A DNA stretch of 64,000 nucleotides from Carcharhinus longimanus (lineage: Eukaryota), in assembly GCA_030264375.1 (NCBI GenBank), contig JASCQW010000162.1:106226979-106290978 (forward strand). The letters are read 5' to 3'. Every line of letters begins with the position of its first letter. Position 1 is the stretch's first letter. Below the pieces are notes generated by a model. The model was not told where the DNA came from and did not search any database. It saw only the letters and a program-made list of their open reading frames with translations. Position numbers and translations under genes: made by a program. Below, in pieces: positions 50,123-63,270 of this stretch.

Positions 50123-51323
50123 CTAATAATAGAAACAAAAATGTATTTGTCATGCAAACAGGCAACCATGAACACATTAACAGTTACCTAGTGTATAACT
50201 CTTCAGACAAGAGAATTCAGGAATAGGGACATTTTCTAAACATGCACCCAGAGATGGGCATTTTCTGGCCATTCACACTGGCAAGATATTGCAGTCCTAC
50301 CAATGGCAAAACCTACTGACAGTTTCCTGGCAGCAGAGGGTTTGTGTGCATGTTGAAACAAAGTGTTGGTGGGGGCACTGAATATTCTGCCCAACACCCA
50401 ATACTACAAAATTAAATTTACATTTCATCTCAGAATTCACATTGACAGTGTTTGTCTTTAGGGAGACCAGAGGTGGTGAACTAGGTTAGCATTTTGCACG
50501 TGATTAGCTCTGTCCAAAGTGCATTCATTACAAAATCTGACCTGTAGTCAGCCTCAGTAACATCCTAAAAAAGTCTTGTGCCTAATCAAGAATCTTCAGA
50601 GGTCACCCTTGAACCGATCACCACAAACACACAATTAGAACACCATAAAGAATAGCAGAAATTCAAAAAACAGATCAAAACTGATATTTAGCCATCACTA
50701 AAAAAGGTGGTCCAAAACACAAAAATACAATGCAAACTAAAAATATGACATCGGGAAAATGGTATTTTTGTTGGGTTGCCAGTTTTAGTTAAAGGCATAC
50801 TAAAAAGACAGTGAAAAGGATCTGAAATAGAAAATTATGAAACAAAAATTTAGACAAAACAATGCAATAGCCATTCCAAAAATATGATGATTAAAAGGGA
50901 ACTTAAAAAGGGAAAAGCAATGACAGCTGAAAACATATTGAAGACAATTATACATAATGTATTATGCTGAAATAAATTTTATTCTGAATTGCAAAATTGC
51001 TTTACATACGTGTGAAGTACCAAATGGTTATGTTGGGCAACTCTGCAGGATAAGATAGATTAGCCAATGTAAAACCTGAAGACTAATTCAGATGGAATAC
51101 ATATTCCAGGTACTCAAATTTGCACTCAGTTTAAATATTGACTTCAGAAAAAACGTTGATGAATCAATTCTATTAGACACTGGACTAGAAGTAGTGCAAT
51201 TGTAATGCACGTTATGTGAAGCATTTAGCACAGAAACAGGCTGTAACACTGTTTAAATCAAAACCAACTGATCTACAAGTACAAATACATTTCTTTCGAA
51301 GCAATTCAAAGAGATGTACATAC

Positions 51324-51441
51324 TGTTTTCAAGACCATTAACCGTGATCTTGCTCATGTCAAGTGGATATGCTACCTCTATGCCGAAGGGACTCTTGGGA
51401 ATTGGATCGCCACCATAGGTCACAGCAATTCCCATCTTACC
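51324..51441 (-). CDS. FLNB: FLNB exon 19-equivalent (118 nt)
   Basis: ttcag|GGT AAG...AAC A|gtatgt; [32 protein letters not shown]. Confidence 0.92.
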
Positions 51442-51719
51442 CTGAAATACACATCAGAATAACACTTTGTATATTTTACAAAACAGGCTAGAGCAGTTTT
51501 ACCCAAATAAATAGATTTCACATGAATATATGACAGGCAACTCCACCATTGAGCTCGCTCAGAAATTCAACAAGATCATGGTTGATCAGATTGTAAATCC
51601 CATTTTTTTGCTTATCCCAATGACCTTGCACAAAGATATACCTATCTTTGCCTTAATGTTCAAAGGCCCAGCTTGCCTTTTGAGAAGTTCAAAAGGCCCC
51701 GGCCCCTTCATTAGCCATG

Positions 51720-51791
51720 ATGTGGGTATGCCGGCATTGGACTGGCGTAAACACAGTAAAAAGTCTGACAACACCAGGTTTTAGTCCAACC
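51720..51791 (+). mobile_element. Penelope-type element, copy 3, truncated by N gap
   Basis: atgtgggtatgccggcattggactgg...acaacaccaggttttagtccaac; same terminus as the other copies. Confidence 0.65.
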
Positions 51792-52049
51792 NNNNNNNNN
51801 NNNNNNNNNNNNNNNNNNNNNNNNNNNNNNNNNNNNNNNNNNNNNNNNNNNNNNNNNNNNNNNNNNNNNNNNNNNNNNNNNNNNNNNNNNNNNNNNNNNN
51901 NNNNNNNNNNNNNNNNNNNNNNNNNNNNNNNNNNNNNNNNNNNNNNNNNNNNNNNNNNNNNNNNNNNNNNNNNNNNNNNNNNNNNNNNNNNNNNNNNNNN
52001 NNNNNNNNNNNNNNNNNNNNNNNNNNNNNNNNNNNNNNNNNNNNNNNAT

Positions 52050-53730
52050 AATATTCTATTAGTTTTCCCAATTACTTTACTTGCATACTAACATTTACAA
52101 TTCATGTGCTAGGACATCCATATTCTTCCTAATCCAAGCTCTGCAATTTCTCACCATGATGTGCTTTTGTATACTTCCTGCCAAAATGGGCAATTTCACA
52201 TTTGCCCACATGATACTCCATTTGTCAGATCTTTGCCCACTCACTTAACTACTGTCACTTTGTAGTCTCCTTGCATCCTCTTCAGAGCTTGCTTTCCTAC
52301 CCATCTTGTCTCAATATCATATGTGCATTCATCCAATTCATTTACATAAATTGAGTCCTGGCACAGACTGGTAGGCCAATTACATTCTGCTAGAAAAGAC
52401 CCACTTATGGTTAGCCCCAGTTTCCTTTAGCAAGTCAATCTTCTATTCATGCCAATGTTACCTCCCTATAACATGAACTTTGTTTTCTGCAATAACCTTT
52501 GTGGCACAATGTGTCTTCTAGAAATCCAAGCACTGTACATCCAACAGTTCTCCTTTATGTACAGCATGTGACTCAGAACACAGCACAGGAAGCAGGCCCT
52601 TCAGCCCAACAAGCCCATGCTGCCATTTTAACATTCAGTGACTGCCTCATCTACCTTTTTACTTATGACTTTTCTCCACCAGATTTGGGGAGGTCTAATT
52701 TAGGGACAATTTGTTAACACCAATCAGCCTAAAAGCACATTTTTGGTGTGTGGGAGGAAACCTGAGCACCCCAGAAAACCCATGCAAGTATGGGGAGAAT
52801 GTGCAAACTCCCAGACACTGACCCAAGTCAGAGATCCAACCCAGGTACATGTATCTGCACAAACAGTGATAGTCACTGAGCTGTTGTGTTGCCAGCTCCT
52901 TGAAAGAGCTCCAGTAAATGGATTAAACAGGATTTCCCTTTCATCAAAACATGTTAACACTATCCAATCACCTGAAAACATTTCCAAACCTATTGCAAGG
53001 CATTTAATAGTAGCTTCTTACATGTTCCCTGTGGCACATTTTTTACTGTGTTCATGGGATGTGGGGTTGCTGGCTATTACCCATCACTGCAGGCAACTAA
53101 GTCAACCACATTGCTGTGGATCTGGAGTCACATGTAGGCCTGATTTCCTTCCCCAAGGGATATTAGTGAACTAGACTTTATGGCAATCGAGTGGGTTCAT
53201 GGTCATTAGACTTTAACTACCATATTTATATTTAATTCAAATTTCACCATTAGCAGTGATAGGATTTGAACCAGTGTCCCCAGCACATAATGCTGGGTGT
53301 CTGGATTCCTAATCCAACAATACAATTGTCTTCCCCTGCCCATGTTAAGGTAATTGGCCTGTAGTTTCCGGTCTTCCTTTGACTAAAAATAGGGTATGTG
53401 CTATTTTCCAATCTAATGGAATCGTTCCCAAATCTAGTGAGTGCTGGAAAATTAAAACTAAACAACTATTTTACTAACTACTACTTGAGGACTCAGGAAG
53501 TTTCAGGACTCAGGTCAGCCCCATAGCTCCAACTACTTGCTCAATTCCATTTCTCTGGCAAGTCTAATTTTCTGGAGTTCCTTTTCCCATTTCCTGATGG
53601 ACTATTTCTGGAATGTTACTTATATCTACATCCTCTATAGTAAAAGAGGGATACAAAATGCCTATTTCAATTTGTTAGTCACTTCCTTACTTTACATTAT
53701 TAATTCTCCATACTCACTTTCTAAATGACC
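52050..53730 (-). mobile_element. Degenerate CR1 LINE fragments with nested SINEs
   Basis: Reverse-strand pieces such as GNYRPITLT (ORF 53250..53465) and cacatttgcccacatgatactccatttg; approximate ends. Confidence 0.5.
52575..52850 (-). mobile_element. V-SINE/HE1-like SINE
   Basis: gtgggaggaaacctgagcacccc...ggggagaatgtgcaaactcc. Confidence 0.65.
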
Positions 53731-54252
53731 AACACTTAGAAACTCTTGTCTTAATACTCCCTCAATCTTTTAGTCATTTATATTCTGTTCAATTTTCTGA
53801 CCTACCATTCACTTCACTGCAAAATGCTTTTTTTCTTTGATATCTTTAACTAGTTAACAACAGATGGTAAGTTTTTCAGTGAAATTCTTCACTGGATTGT
53901 ATCTATATAGATTATAGATATTGACTATTCCAAAATATTTGTTGCTGCATCTCAATTGATGTATTCTTTAACTCTATGTGCCAATTCACTTCTACTTTCA
54001 TGCCCTCATAACTGTCATTCAAGTTTAAAATACTAGTTTTGCCTCCAATATCCTATTGGTCTAACAATGCAAAATTCAATCATATTAATGATTACTGCTA
54101 CCTAGGGATACCTTCAGGAGGTCATCAATCCCACTCATTGCACTGTACCAGGCTAGTATTACCTGCTCTGTTGCTGTTCCAAGAAACTATCCCAAAGATC
54201 TTGATTCCATGCAAGAATCAATGAAGTATGACAGGTGAATACCAGTACTCAC

Positions 54253-54422
54253 CTGCTGTAGTGGTGTATACTTGACTGTCTGTGAGTAGTCATAATTATC
54301 GATAATTTCAAAATCAGCAACGGCATCTCCTTTTGCAGGTCCACTGAAATGTGCTTGAAGTGGGGCCTTCCCAGCACCTTTTGTAAAGACGGTGAAGTGG
54401 GTTGGCTTCCCAAGTTCTACTC
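54253..54422 (-). CDS. FLNB: FLNB exon 18-equivalent (170 nt)
   Basis: acag|GA GTA...CAG|gtgagt; [22 protein letters not shown]...VKYTPLQQ. Confidence 0.92.
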
Positions 54423-56050
54423 CTGTCCATTGAAAAAACATTACTCAGTTAGAGCTTATTATGCAACAAATGCTATCAGACAATAGGGAAACTAATGGGA
54501 AAGGGGCAGCATTCCCCCAAAAAATGATAAATTTGCCTTGCAGAATACAATTTCAAAATATTCCACTGAATAAGCAAGTTACCACTGATCCTTGCTCCCT
54601 CACAATGAGATTACTCCTTCAGAGGTCTGTACTTCCAGGTAGCCTGAGGCCACTGGTAAAACATGGGAATGACTGCCAGCAGCTAGAGTTGACAGCACCT
54701 TATTCCAGGCCAAAATTAATGAGTATTTGAATTTGAAACCATTGAACAAGTTTGCAAAAAGATGGCCAGTTGAGTATAAGCATTACATTGAGCACAAACA
54801 TCAGTCCAGTATTGTCCCCTCAATCAAAATCACACAACAAAAACGTGCACACCCAAAATCTCAACTTGTCCATTAGAGCAAAAAGAATACAATATTGGAT
54901 AACCCTGACAACTAAGGCAAACATGTTTTTACCATGGCTGATTACGTGCATTGACCATTATCCTTTCAAGGCAAGCACGGTTTTCTTCATTTTCTGGAGT
55001 CAAGAACAGTATAAAATACTACAGAATGATAGAGTTGAATACCACTTTAACATCTGCTTAGAAGTACCTTGATTATTTACAGTTGCTCCCTGCAGAGATT
55101 TCCAGAATGAATTGAGGCTTAAAGTAATAGGCATTACGTTAAAAATTATACTCCACAAGAACATACCAGGCAAACCAAAAGCAGACAGTCTTTTGGCCCA
55201 GGTTAGCTTTCTTCGACAAAAGCTACATAGTGGTTGAAAAAGGAAAGATCGCCATGGGGGTTAGGGGCACAGAACAGCACTATTTTAAGTCATAAGGAAA
55301 CCACATGGTTTCCAGAGTCTTTTCAGATTTATCACATTACATTACTCAATGACAAATACATATGGAGCTGCCTATTTTGAACAATCAAGTCATGCACTGA
55401 CATAAATAGCCTTTTAACCATAATTATTTCATACTGCATTTCTGCAGTAACACAAATATTTCAATATTTTTTCACACCACAGAACCACACAGCCTCAATT
55501 ACTTAAATCTGATTGCTTAGTTTTTTTAAAAAACTGCAACCAGCAGCAAGCACCAAATTTGTTATCAACATTAAGGCACTCTGAAGTTGCTCAAAGACAG
55601 CTGTGGAACCAATACTTCCATCATAATACATCACTCTTAGCTATGGACATGCATTAGATAGTGGATCAGAGTTCTTTTCCAGGACTACCATAAGGAGAAG
55701 CTTCTCATTGACAAAGAAAGAAGCCAAAATATTCAATTACAGTTCAGGGAACTGATTAAGATTGCTTGCAAAAGCAACAAAGACTTACAGGTTGAGGAAT
55801 TTCAATTTGATCTACTAAACCTGGGCAATGGTTCAAAACAAAACAGAATGTACCCTGCTTTATTTAGCAAGTCCCAAGATATTTTACCAAGTTCACATGC
55901 ATGCTTTGGAACATTTGATACACTATGTTATAAGCTGTGAATACTAGCAAAAAAACTTTTAATAGCACAGAACAAGGTGCAAAATAGACAAAGATCAGAA
56001 GGCTGAACTGACCTACAAATGCTCTCATGGGATTAAGTGTTGACTCTTAC

Positions 56051-56141
56051 CAGTTTTACTTAACCCTGGACCTTCAGCCTTAACTTTGCTGGCATCATGT
56101 GACGGATCCACTTTAACTCTGAAAGAGCCCATGGGAATTTC
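56051..56141 (-). CDS. FLNB: FLNB exon 17-equivalent (91 nt)
   Basis: aatag|GAA ATT...ACT G|gtaaga; [30 protein letters not shown]; preceded by a 90-nt intron. Confidence 0.92.
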
Positions 56142-56231
56142 CTATTGAAAAAAGGATGGAGGATTAGCCAATTGCACAAGCTACAAGAGCCAAGCTGTAA
56201 TGCTGGGTAGCTTTAGTTACAGGATACAAAC

Positions 56232-56392
56232 CTGACCAGCAAACAGTACTTTAATGGTGTACCGACCAGCAGCAGGTGGTGTATATTTGACTGTGAAAGT
56301 ATCGTTAGGATTTGTAATGATGTCAAACTCAATGTCCTCCTCAGATTCACTAATCACACGAGCATCACATTTTATGCCAACACTGACATCAC
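56232..56392 (-). CDS. FLNB: FLNB exon 16-equivalent (161 nt)
   Basis: ttcag|GT GAT GTC...CAG|gtttgt; [37 protein letters not shown]. Confidence 0.92.
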
Positions 56393-57189
56393 CTGAAGAC
56401 AAGCGTAGAAGAGAAGTTACAATTGACCTCAACTGGAAACATCTGTAAATCTGCTTAGCTAGTATCACATTTTCCTGATAACCAAATACAAATTTCCTTC
56501 CATATTGCACATTTGCATTTCTGCTTGGCCTTCCACATTCTGAGTGGTAATGGGGATGCATCAGTCTTGGCTAGTAATATTAACAGGGTTTGACCACTGA
56601 CTATTGCTACCAAGTAAACTTGTTGGACTTATTACTAATGACAGGAATCAGAGTTCCTGTGACATACCCGTGCACAAATCACAAGAGCAAAGTTCAAGAA
56701 TCCTGCCAATTTTTTCCTCTTCAACATGGGAACATTAAACTAATTTTACTATTTTAGTCATCTGAAGAGATCAACATGGACTTGGGATGAAACCAGAGAT
56801 CACCCCAGTCTCATCAGTTTGGTGAATACTGAAAATTCGTGAAGTCATTGACTCATGTGGACTGTTTCATCTGACATCCTGTTCAATTGTTATTCTTTTA
56901 GGATTAGGATTTCAGAAAAAAGTCTTAAAGCCAAATGTTTGCTCACCACCAATGAACTGGTCTATTCTGAACCAGAGCAAAAATGCATGATCAAGAAAGG
57001 TTGGACAGACAAGTGGCAAGTCACATTCACACCTCACAAGAGGCAGACAATTCCAACAAGACAGAATTCAACCTTCCCCTCGTGACATGACTATCACTGA
57101 ATCCCCTACTTTAGCAGTTTGCATTGACAAACAATGATGCAATTGGACTCAGTGCAAATACTGTGGCTACAAGGGCACGCTACAGACTT

Positions 57190-57705
57190 AAAATTCTGCA
57201 GATGGTTGCTCACTTGACTCCAAAGCCCATCCACCATCTACAAGCCCAAGTCACAAGTGTGATGGAATATTCTCCACTTGCCTAGTTGAGTGCAGCTTCA
57301 CTCATGTTTGACACCTTCTAGGATAAAGCAGCCCACTTGATTGGCACCTCACCCACCAACTTAAATATTCATTCCCTCCAGTACTGCATACTATTTATAA
57401 GATTCACTGCAGCACCTTCCAAGCCCACAACCTATATCACTCAGAAGGACAAGAGCAGCAAATGCATGGGAACACCACCATCACCTGCAAGCTCTCCTAG
57501 CCACACACCATCCTGATTTGGAAATATACTACTATTCCTTCACCCTTGCTGGGTTAAAGTTATGGAACTCTCATCCTAACTGCACTGTGGGTCTACCTGC
57601 GTCACATGGACTGCAGAAGTTGGGAGGTGGCTCACTATTACCTTTAAGGATAATTAGGGATGGGTAATAAATGCTGGACTAGCCAGCAACACCCACATCC
57701 TGTAA
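57190..57705 (+). mobile_element. CR1/T1-like LINE 3' end (second family)
   Basis: Degenerate YKxQVxSVMEYSPLA...DKAAxLIG coding remnant; 3' end aattagggatgggtaataaatgctgg...cccacatcc; related reverse-strand pieces near 7120-7280 and 53050. Confidence 0.65.
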
Positions 57706-57825
57706 ACAAATAAATATAGAGAGAGTCAGTCTTATGGTATGACCACAACTGGAAGAGCAACTGTGCAGAAATGGTTGAGGGAAACAAGAAATAAGTAGCA
57801 TACATTTTCCAGGCCTTTTCCTTAC

Positions 57826-57949
57826 CTTCCCCAGCTTCTGTGCAATCCACTATAAAATGAGTCGGTTCATTAGCTTTCAAACCAGTTCTTTCAATGCCAG
57901 GACCAAAAACCTTCACCTTTTGTGGATGACTCCCCTGGCCGATATTAAT
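57826..57949 (-). CDS. FLNB: FLNB exon 15-equivalent (124 nt)
   Basis: tttag|ATT AAT...GAA G|gtaagg; [32 protein letters not shown]. Confidence 0.92.
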
Positions 57950-58493
57950 CTAAAGACACAAGTTAATTTAGAAAAACGAAACAGCTAAGCAGTCATTTTA
58001 AACATGCCTGTGCTTCACATAACTCTGTAGATAAATATACACTTGTGTGGGGTACTAAACTATGCAAGAGTCACAAATCATCCCAAAGGGGCCATAAGTA
58101 ATTTCCTAAAAGTTTCTTGGCATAAAGAATGAGTTTCAAACAGATTTCAAATTTAAGTTTGCTACTTGGGAAATTCCCAAATAGCAAGGAGTTCAGCACA
58201 ACACTGGCTCCAGCTAAGAATTTTAGCTAAGACTTGGTCATTATGGAGAATAAAAAGAGCATCAAAATCCTGAAACCATTTGTGTCAGAAGTTAAGTCTT
58301 GGCAAGTATCAACATATCTGCATGAGGAAAAGGGCAAAGTGACTACTTATACATAACTATCGAAAGCAAAATTGAAGTTGTAACTATGTCTTGCAAAGCA
58401 AGAACAGACATTAGGGTACAGGCCATTGACAGGAACACCATCTTCCTACTACAAGCAAGATCAAGGGAATGACAGAAGTGAATGCCAACTTAC

Positions 58494-58637
58494 TCTGAAT
58501 GGGCTGTTGGGGACATTGACTCCTCCCCATGCAATTGCAACAGTGTGCTTGATTGGTTTGGTCGGAATATAGGAGCAGGCTGTTAATCCATCACCTTTAT
58601 TCTTGACTTGAACATTGATAGGAATGCCTTCCGAATC
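58494..58637 (-). CDS. FLNB: FLNB exon 14-equivalent (144 nt)
   Basis: tatag|GAT TCG...AGA|gtaagt; [48 protein letters not shown]. Confidence 0.92.
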
Positions 58638-58665
58638 CTATAAATTGCAGATACAAACAAACAGT

Positions 58666-58897
58666 CATAGAATCCTGACAATGCAGAAGGTAGCCATTTG
58701 GGCCATCGACCCTGCATCGACAATAATTTCACCCAGACCCTACCTCCATATTTACTCTGCCAATTAACCTAACCTGCACATCTTCAGTGTGGGAGAAAAC
58801 CCACAGAACATGCAAACTCCACACAAGGCATTCACTCAAGACTGGAATTAAATTCAGGTCCCTGGTGCTGTGAGGCAGCGCTAACCACTGTGCCATC
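58666..58897 (-). mobile_element. V-SINE/HE1-like SINE
   Basis: catagaatcc..gaaggtagccatt tail; ggtccctggtgctgtgaggcagcgctaaccactgtgcc head. Confidence 0.7.
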
Positions 58898-59441
58898 CAA
58901 TGGAAAAGCTTTTTACATTAAAGATTGCCTTATGCAGCAGGATCTTTATCTAGCAGTGCTATTAAAACTTCAACAATATCACTTATAAAGGTGATAAGAA
59001 TTCAGCTGCAGGGAGGAACTTTAAGTCTTTGAACACTAAATGTCACAAATCTAAACAAATTTTAAGCCAAAAATGGGATCCTACTTCTCAGGCAGCGTGT
59101 TCAAGACAAAAAAGATTTCCATCCCCCTCTCCCCCCCATCCACCCCAAACTGCACATTACAGGATTACAATCCATGCAAGTGCATGTGTCATGGGTGTAC
59201 AGACAAACAGGTGTTACTAATTCACTGTACTAAGCAGCCTCTGAACCAGAGCGTCTGGGGCCTATTTTCTATTCTGTTGCCAAAGAACGTCAACCTGTCT
59301 TTTTTTTAAAAAAAAACAGTTTTCTATTGCTTCATTAGATAGTTGGCAAGGGCATATTTTCCAAATTGCATTGGAAAGTTCATATGATGAGACTTGCATC
59401 AATAGTGGGGGGAACAAAAATGCAGAATTGGTTCTTCTTAC

Positions 59442-59555
59442 TTGTGCGTAAATTTTTAGTGGTGCCTTCCCAGCATCTTTAGCATCCACTGTGAATTCAG
59501 CTGGTTTGTGAACAATGCAGCCAGTTTTCTCCAAGCCAGGACCATAGGCTTTAAC
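59442..59555 (-). CDS. FLNB: FLNB exon 13-equivalent (114 nt)
   Basis: cag|GTT AAA...CAA|gtaaga; [38 protein letters not shown]. Confidence 0.92.
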
Positions 59556-59886
59556 CTGTGCGAGGAGGAAAACACCACATCTTGTAACAAAAAGTCACCG
59601 TTCAATAGATTCCTCCATTCTTCAGAATATACAAATATCATAGCTGCCATTTAAAATATCTAATATATAGATATCCCTTTCAGGATTACCAAATTAGCCT
59701 AAACTAGAAATGTCAACTATAGGACTAAGAGGTATTTTAAGCTTGTATTTGAATGACTTTGCATTTTATTTACTGATCTTTGCAACATACAGCACCAATG
59801 CATCATCTACATTGTAAAATGCAGCTTAGAAAACCTATACATGCTTATTTAGCCACTTTCCACATTTATCTGGCTATCACGGCTGA

Positions 59887-60086
59887 TGTGGAGATGCTGG
59901 CATTGGACTAGGACAAACACAGTAAGAAGTGTCAACACCAGGTTGAAGTCCAACAGGAGGTTGCTGGTCTTGTCAGATGAGCAAAGGTGAACTCACCTGA
60001 TGGAGCAGAAGATGCTCCGAAAGCTAGTGGATTTTGCTATCAAATAAACCTATTGGACTTCAACCTGGTGTTGAGGCTTCTTACTG
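59887..60086 (+). mobile_element. Penelope-type element, copy 4, with hammerhead-like remnant
   Basis: Same arms; TSD tatca(c/t)ggctga at 59875-59886 and 60087-60098; internal cacCTGATggagca..tgctccGAAAgctagtg. Confidence 0.72.
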
Positions 60087-61156
60087 TATCATGGCTGAGC
60101 CAGACTGTTACTAAATAAGGGGGAAAGCCCTGGTCATCAAGCACATACAATACAGTTAGACAGAAATGAGCAAGCTACACCAAGTTGTGAAATGGGTTCC
60201 ATGTCAACATACATCCCAGCAGACCTGATAATCTTGAATAAAAAGCACTGCAACCAACTTTAAGTATTGATCATTCTTGAGCGTTAGAATTTTGCTAATA
60301 ACTTAATGGTTTGTTGTGTTCTTAATATATTCAGGATATGCATCAAAATGATTTAATCTCCTCTGCACCTGCCTCAAGTAATTAGCCAGAGTGTGTGATT
60401 AAGAGACAGGAGGCAGCCTTCTATGAACTACCTTACAATATATGCCATGATCAGATTTTATAAAAATGAATTAAGACAAACATTTAATGCATTGGAAGTT
60501 CTGTGCATTTATTGAATTGCCCTTTGTATGCTTCAGAAGTGGTGTTTACAATGACCTGGAGTTCAGTCTGAGCAAGCACAAGTGTCACCTGCATACTGGA
60601 ACTCAACGATTGAAGTACATTGGAGTGATTTTGTTTCCTCCTATTTAAGGCTTGGACAATTTACAGCAGACACTTCAAAATACTGAAGTATCACCAGCAG
60701 CAAGATTGTAAGATCTTGCAAATCTGTTGGCAAGATAGTGTTCCAACAACAGCCCTCCAAGCCAACATGTCCAGCATTAAGGCATGTAACAGTTCTGTTG
60801 GACAGGACATTCATATGCTGAGGCCACATTCCCAAAGCAACTACTCCACTCAACTTGCAGCAAAAAACTTCCAGGAGGATAGTGGAGATGCTTTCAGAGA
60901 TGTCCTCAAAGCATCAATGGTGGTTAAACATCCCCATTGACACATGGTAATCCCTAGAAAAGATTTATTTGGGACATGACAAAATGAGAGACTGTCAGGA
61001 ACAAAGATGAAGTGAAGCTCCAAAGTGTGTACAAACTTCTCAACTCATCTACTCGACCATCTAAACACCAACTGCCCCACAGAGGTGTACTATTACTATC
61101 TCAGAACCCATCAAATAATGGGAACAAGTCATACTTGATCCCAAAAGGACTCTTGC

Positions 61157-61350
61157 CTTATCAGGATGGAAGGCACTTGATGCAGGTTGAATGGTGGCCA
61201 TAAAAGGACTATCCACGATGTCGTCATCATCGCACAAAACATGCACTGCATATTCACCAGGTTCTGTTGGCCAGTAGCGTACATTACAGGAGCCATCACT
61301 CTGATCATCACATTCAATCTTGGCTTGAGAGGGACCCTCCACTGCAAAAC
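61157..61350 (-). CDS. FLNB: FLNB exon 12-equivalent (194 nt), GC donor
   Basis: tgcag|GT TTT GCA...GAT AAG|gcaaga; [34 protein letters not shown]...HPDK. Confidence 0.9.
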
Positions 61351-61797
61351 CTGCAAAACAGATTAATCTTTCAACATTTGTAGCTCAAATTCAAAACAAA
61401 GTTACAATTATCACTATCACAAAGAGAAGTGTTGAAGTTGCTTGCATGTTAAACAAAATTTGGTCCATCTATAACTGGATGAGCTTGTCATTGTAGTCAC
61501 TTCTCACTCTGTGATATTCCATTTTAACAAGCCAAATAAATGTATTTAACAATCTGAAGCTGTTCCACACAGCGCAAGTGCCTTCTAAAGCAAATCTGAT
61601 GTGAAATTTGTGAAGCCTGAAAGAGAGCATGCAGTTGAGGATGTAACATCTAGGTGCATGACAACAAGAACATTCTTTAAGTGGAGTTCTTGGGAGCAAG
61701 TTAATCCTGCAACTCCAATATAGAAACACCAGTCTTGGTCTCAAATCATAACTACTATAGTATTTAATGTAAAAACATTTTGCAAAACTAACTTTAC

Positions 61798-61934
61798 CTA
61801 GCACACCAACATCTGTCCCAATAGTTTCTACGACAAAGTCTGCCGACTTGCCAACAACTCCTCCATCAAGGCCAGGTCCCCAGGCTCGTATCTTTTGAAT
61901 ACCTGCTTCAGGTCCAATCTGAATTTCAAAAGGA
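61798..61934 (-). CDS. FLNB: FLNB exon 11-equivalent (137 nt)
   Basis: tattag|T CCT TTT...CTA G|gtaaag; [37 protein letters not shown]. Confidence 0.92.
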
Positions 61935-62595
61935 CTAATAGAAGGGAAAATATTTGTGTTCGGGTTGAAACCACTATCACAATATTCTCATCATTTGCAC
62001 TACACCAAAGGGTTTAACATTGAATTTTGTTACATTTAGTGCACTAACAGTTAAGAATGATCTTGCCAACATTTAAAGTGTAATTCATGTAAACACAACA
62101 GGAAATTGAAAAAATACAATGTTTCATACAAATTGTTTTACATTAGACCAACATATCCAAAAGCAGTTGAGGACTAAACATCCTGCAGCTGGTCACATTG
62201 AAGAGCTGATTGTAACTTTGCTTCCGTTGGTGTAACTATCATTTGAGGATGAATCAGGAACATTTTTTCTTGCCGAACAGTACATCTGTTACTCACTAAG
62301 GGAGAAGTTTCATTCAAAAATATCCCATAGCTTTAGTTTGGGGTTGGGACAGGGGAAAGATCCAGATAGTTAGATGGAATGCACAATAGTTTTAAGGCTA
62401 TATACAAAAAGTTACAACAGTAGATGAATAGAGGGGCCTGAGTTTTAAGCAGTTCACTTGTTTCAAAAAGAAAAGTGGCTATGAGGGGAAATTTTCAAAG
62501 AAACAATTGATTTATTTTTGAACTAGAAATAAACTTAAAATTTGTTATCCTCATTTGAATATATCAACTGAGCTTTGCAAGACGGACAAACTCAC

Positions 62596-62728
62596 CTCCT
62601 GGGAATGTTATGACCACCCCAGGTGATAGTGACGATGTGTTTTCCAGGTGTGACAGGGTAGTACTCATAGGAAAAGGTGTCCCCGCCATCCAAGAGATCT
62701 TTTTGTTTCACAGGCTGCTCCAACCCTT
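62596..62728 (-). CDS. FLNB: FLNB exon 10-equivalent (133 nt)
   Basis: tgacag|AAGGG...AGGAG|gtgagt; [44 protein letters not shown]. Confidence 0.9.
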
Positions 62729-62959
62729 CTGTCAAGGAGGTATAACCAACAGACTTTGAGACATGCAAACAGAACTTGGATTAACCAAAGTTAATTGCAT
62801 CAATGCAGTCTCCGCTACATTAAATATAGATGCAGTGACTACTTAGTGGAAAACGTTTACTGTTTGCACACATGACCAACTTTCCTGTTGCTTGCAATAG
62901 GAAAAAGTTGGTCACGTGTGCAAATGGAGCAGTTTGCTCTCATGCCCACGTCTTGTCCT

Positions 62960-63270
62960 TGACCTGCTGCAATGTTCCAGGTGAAGTCCAGTGCAAGCTG
63001 GAGGAGCAGCATCTCTTTTGATTGGGTACATTGCAGTCCTTGGGATTTGAGCTCAACTTTAGATTCAAGACTGTCTTAAAACCCCTTAAAAAAGTGACCC
63101 AACATGTATTGCCACAATTCAAATTATCCCCCTCCCACAGGAGACTTTTGTTCTTAAAGTTGCAATCTCTTACAGCACTAACACATTCTCCCTCAAGAGT
63201 CAAAAGGACTCAAACACTGACTCAGGTTTCTTTAATAGATGCTGTCAGACCTGCAGAGTTTTTCTAGCAT
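62960..63270 (+). mobile_element. Penelope-like retroelement 3' remnant
   Basis: aagctggaggagcagcatctcttttgattgggtacattgcag reads as degenerate KLEEQHL.F.LGTLQ, like the end of a GIY-YIG-bearing PLE ORF; tail ctgtcagacctgcagagtttttctagcat. Confidence 0.5.

Larger units (their letters stand above)
5226..62728 (-). other. FLNB: Filamin-B gene span, 3' part (human-equivalent exons 10-46); continues beyond the right edge of the window
   Basis: Spliced exons encode tandem filamin Ig repeats (GPGL...G...F.VD...AG...GSPF). FLNB-type motifs: [13 protein letters not shown], hinge PPGFQPW, cassette WRSPLK..FFKG, C-terminus [18 protein letters not shown]. Phases join in frame and sizes agree with recalled human FLNB. 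Confidence 0.93.

Noticed and set aside
5226-62728. Calling the gene FLNC because of the Ig20 insert
   Set aside because: Diagnostic residues across many exons, the hinge-1 sequence and the 31-aa cassette all match FLNB as recalled.
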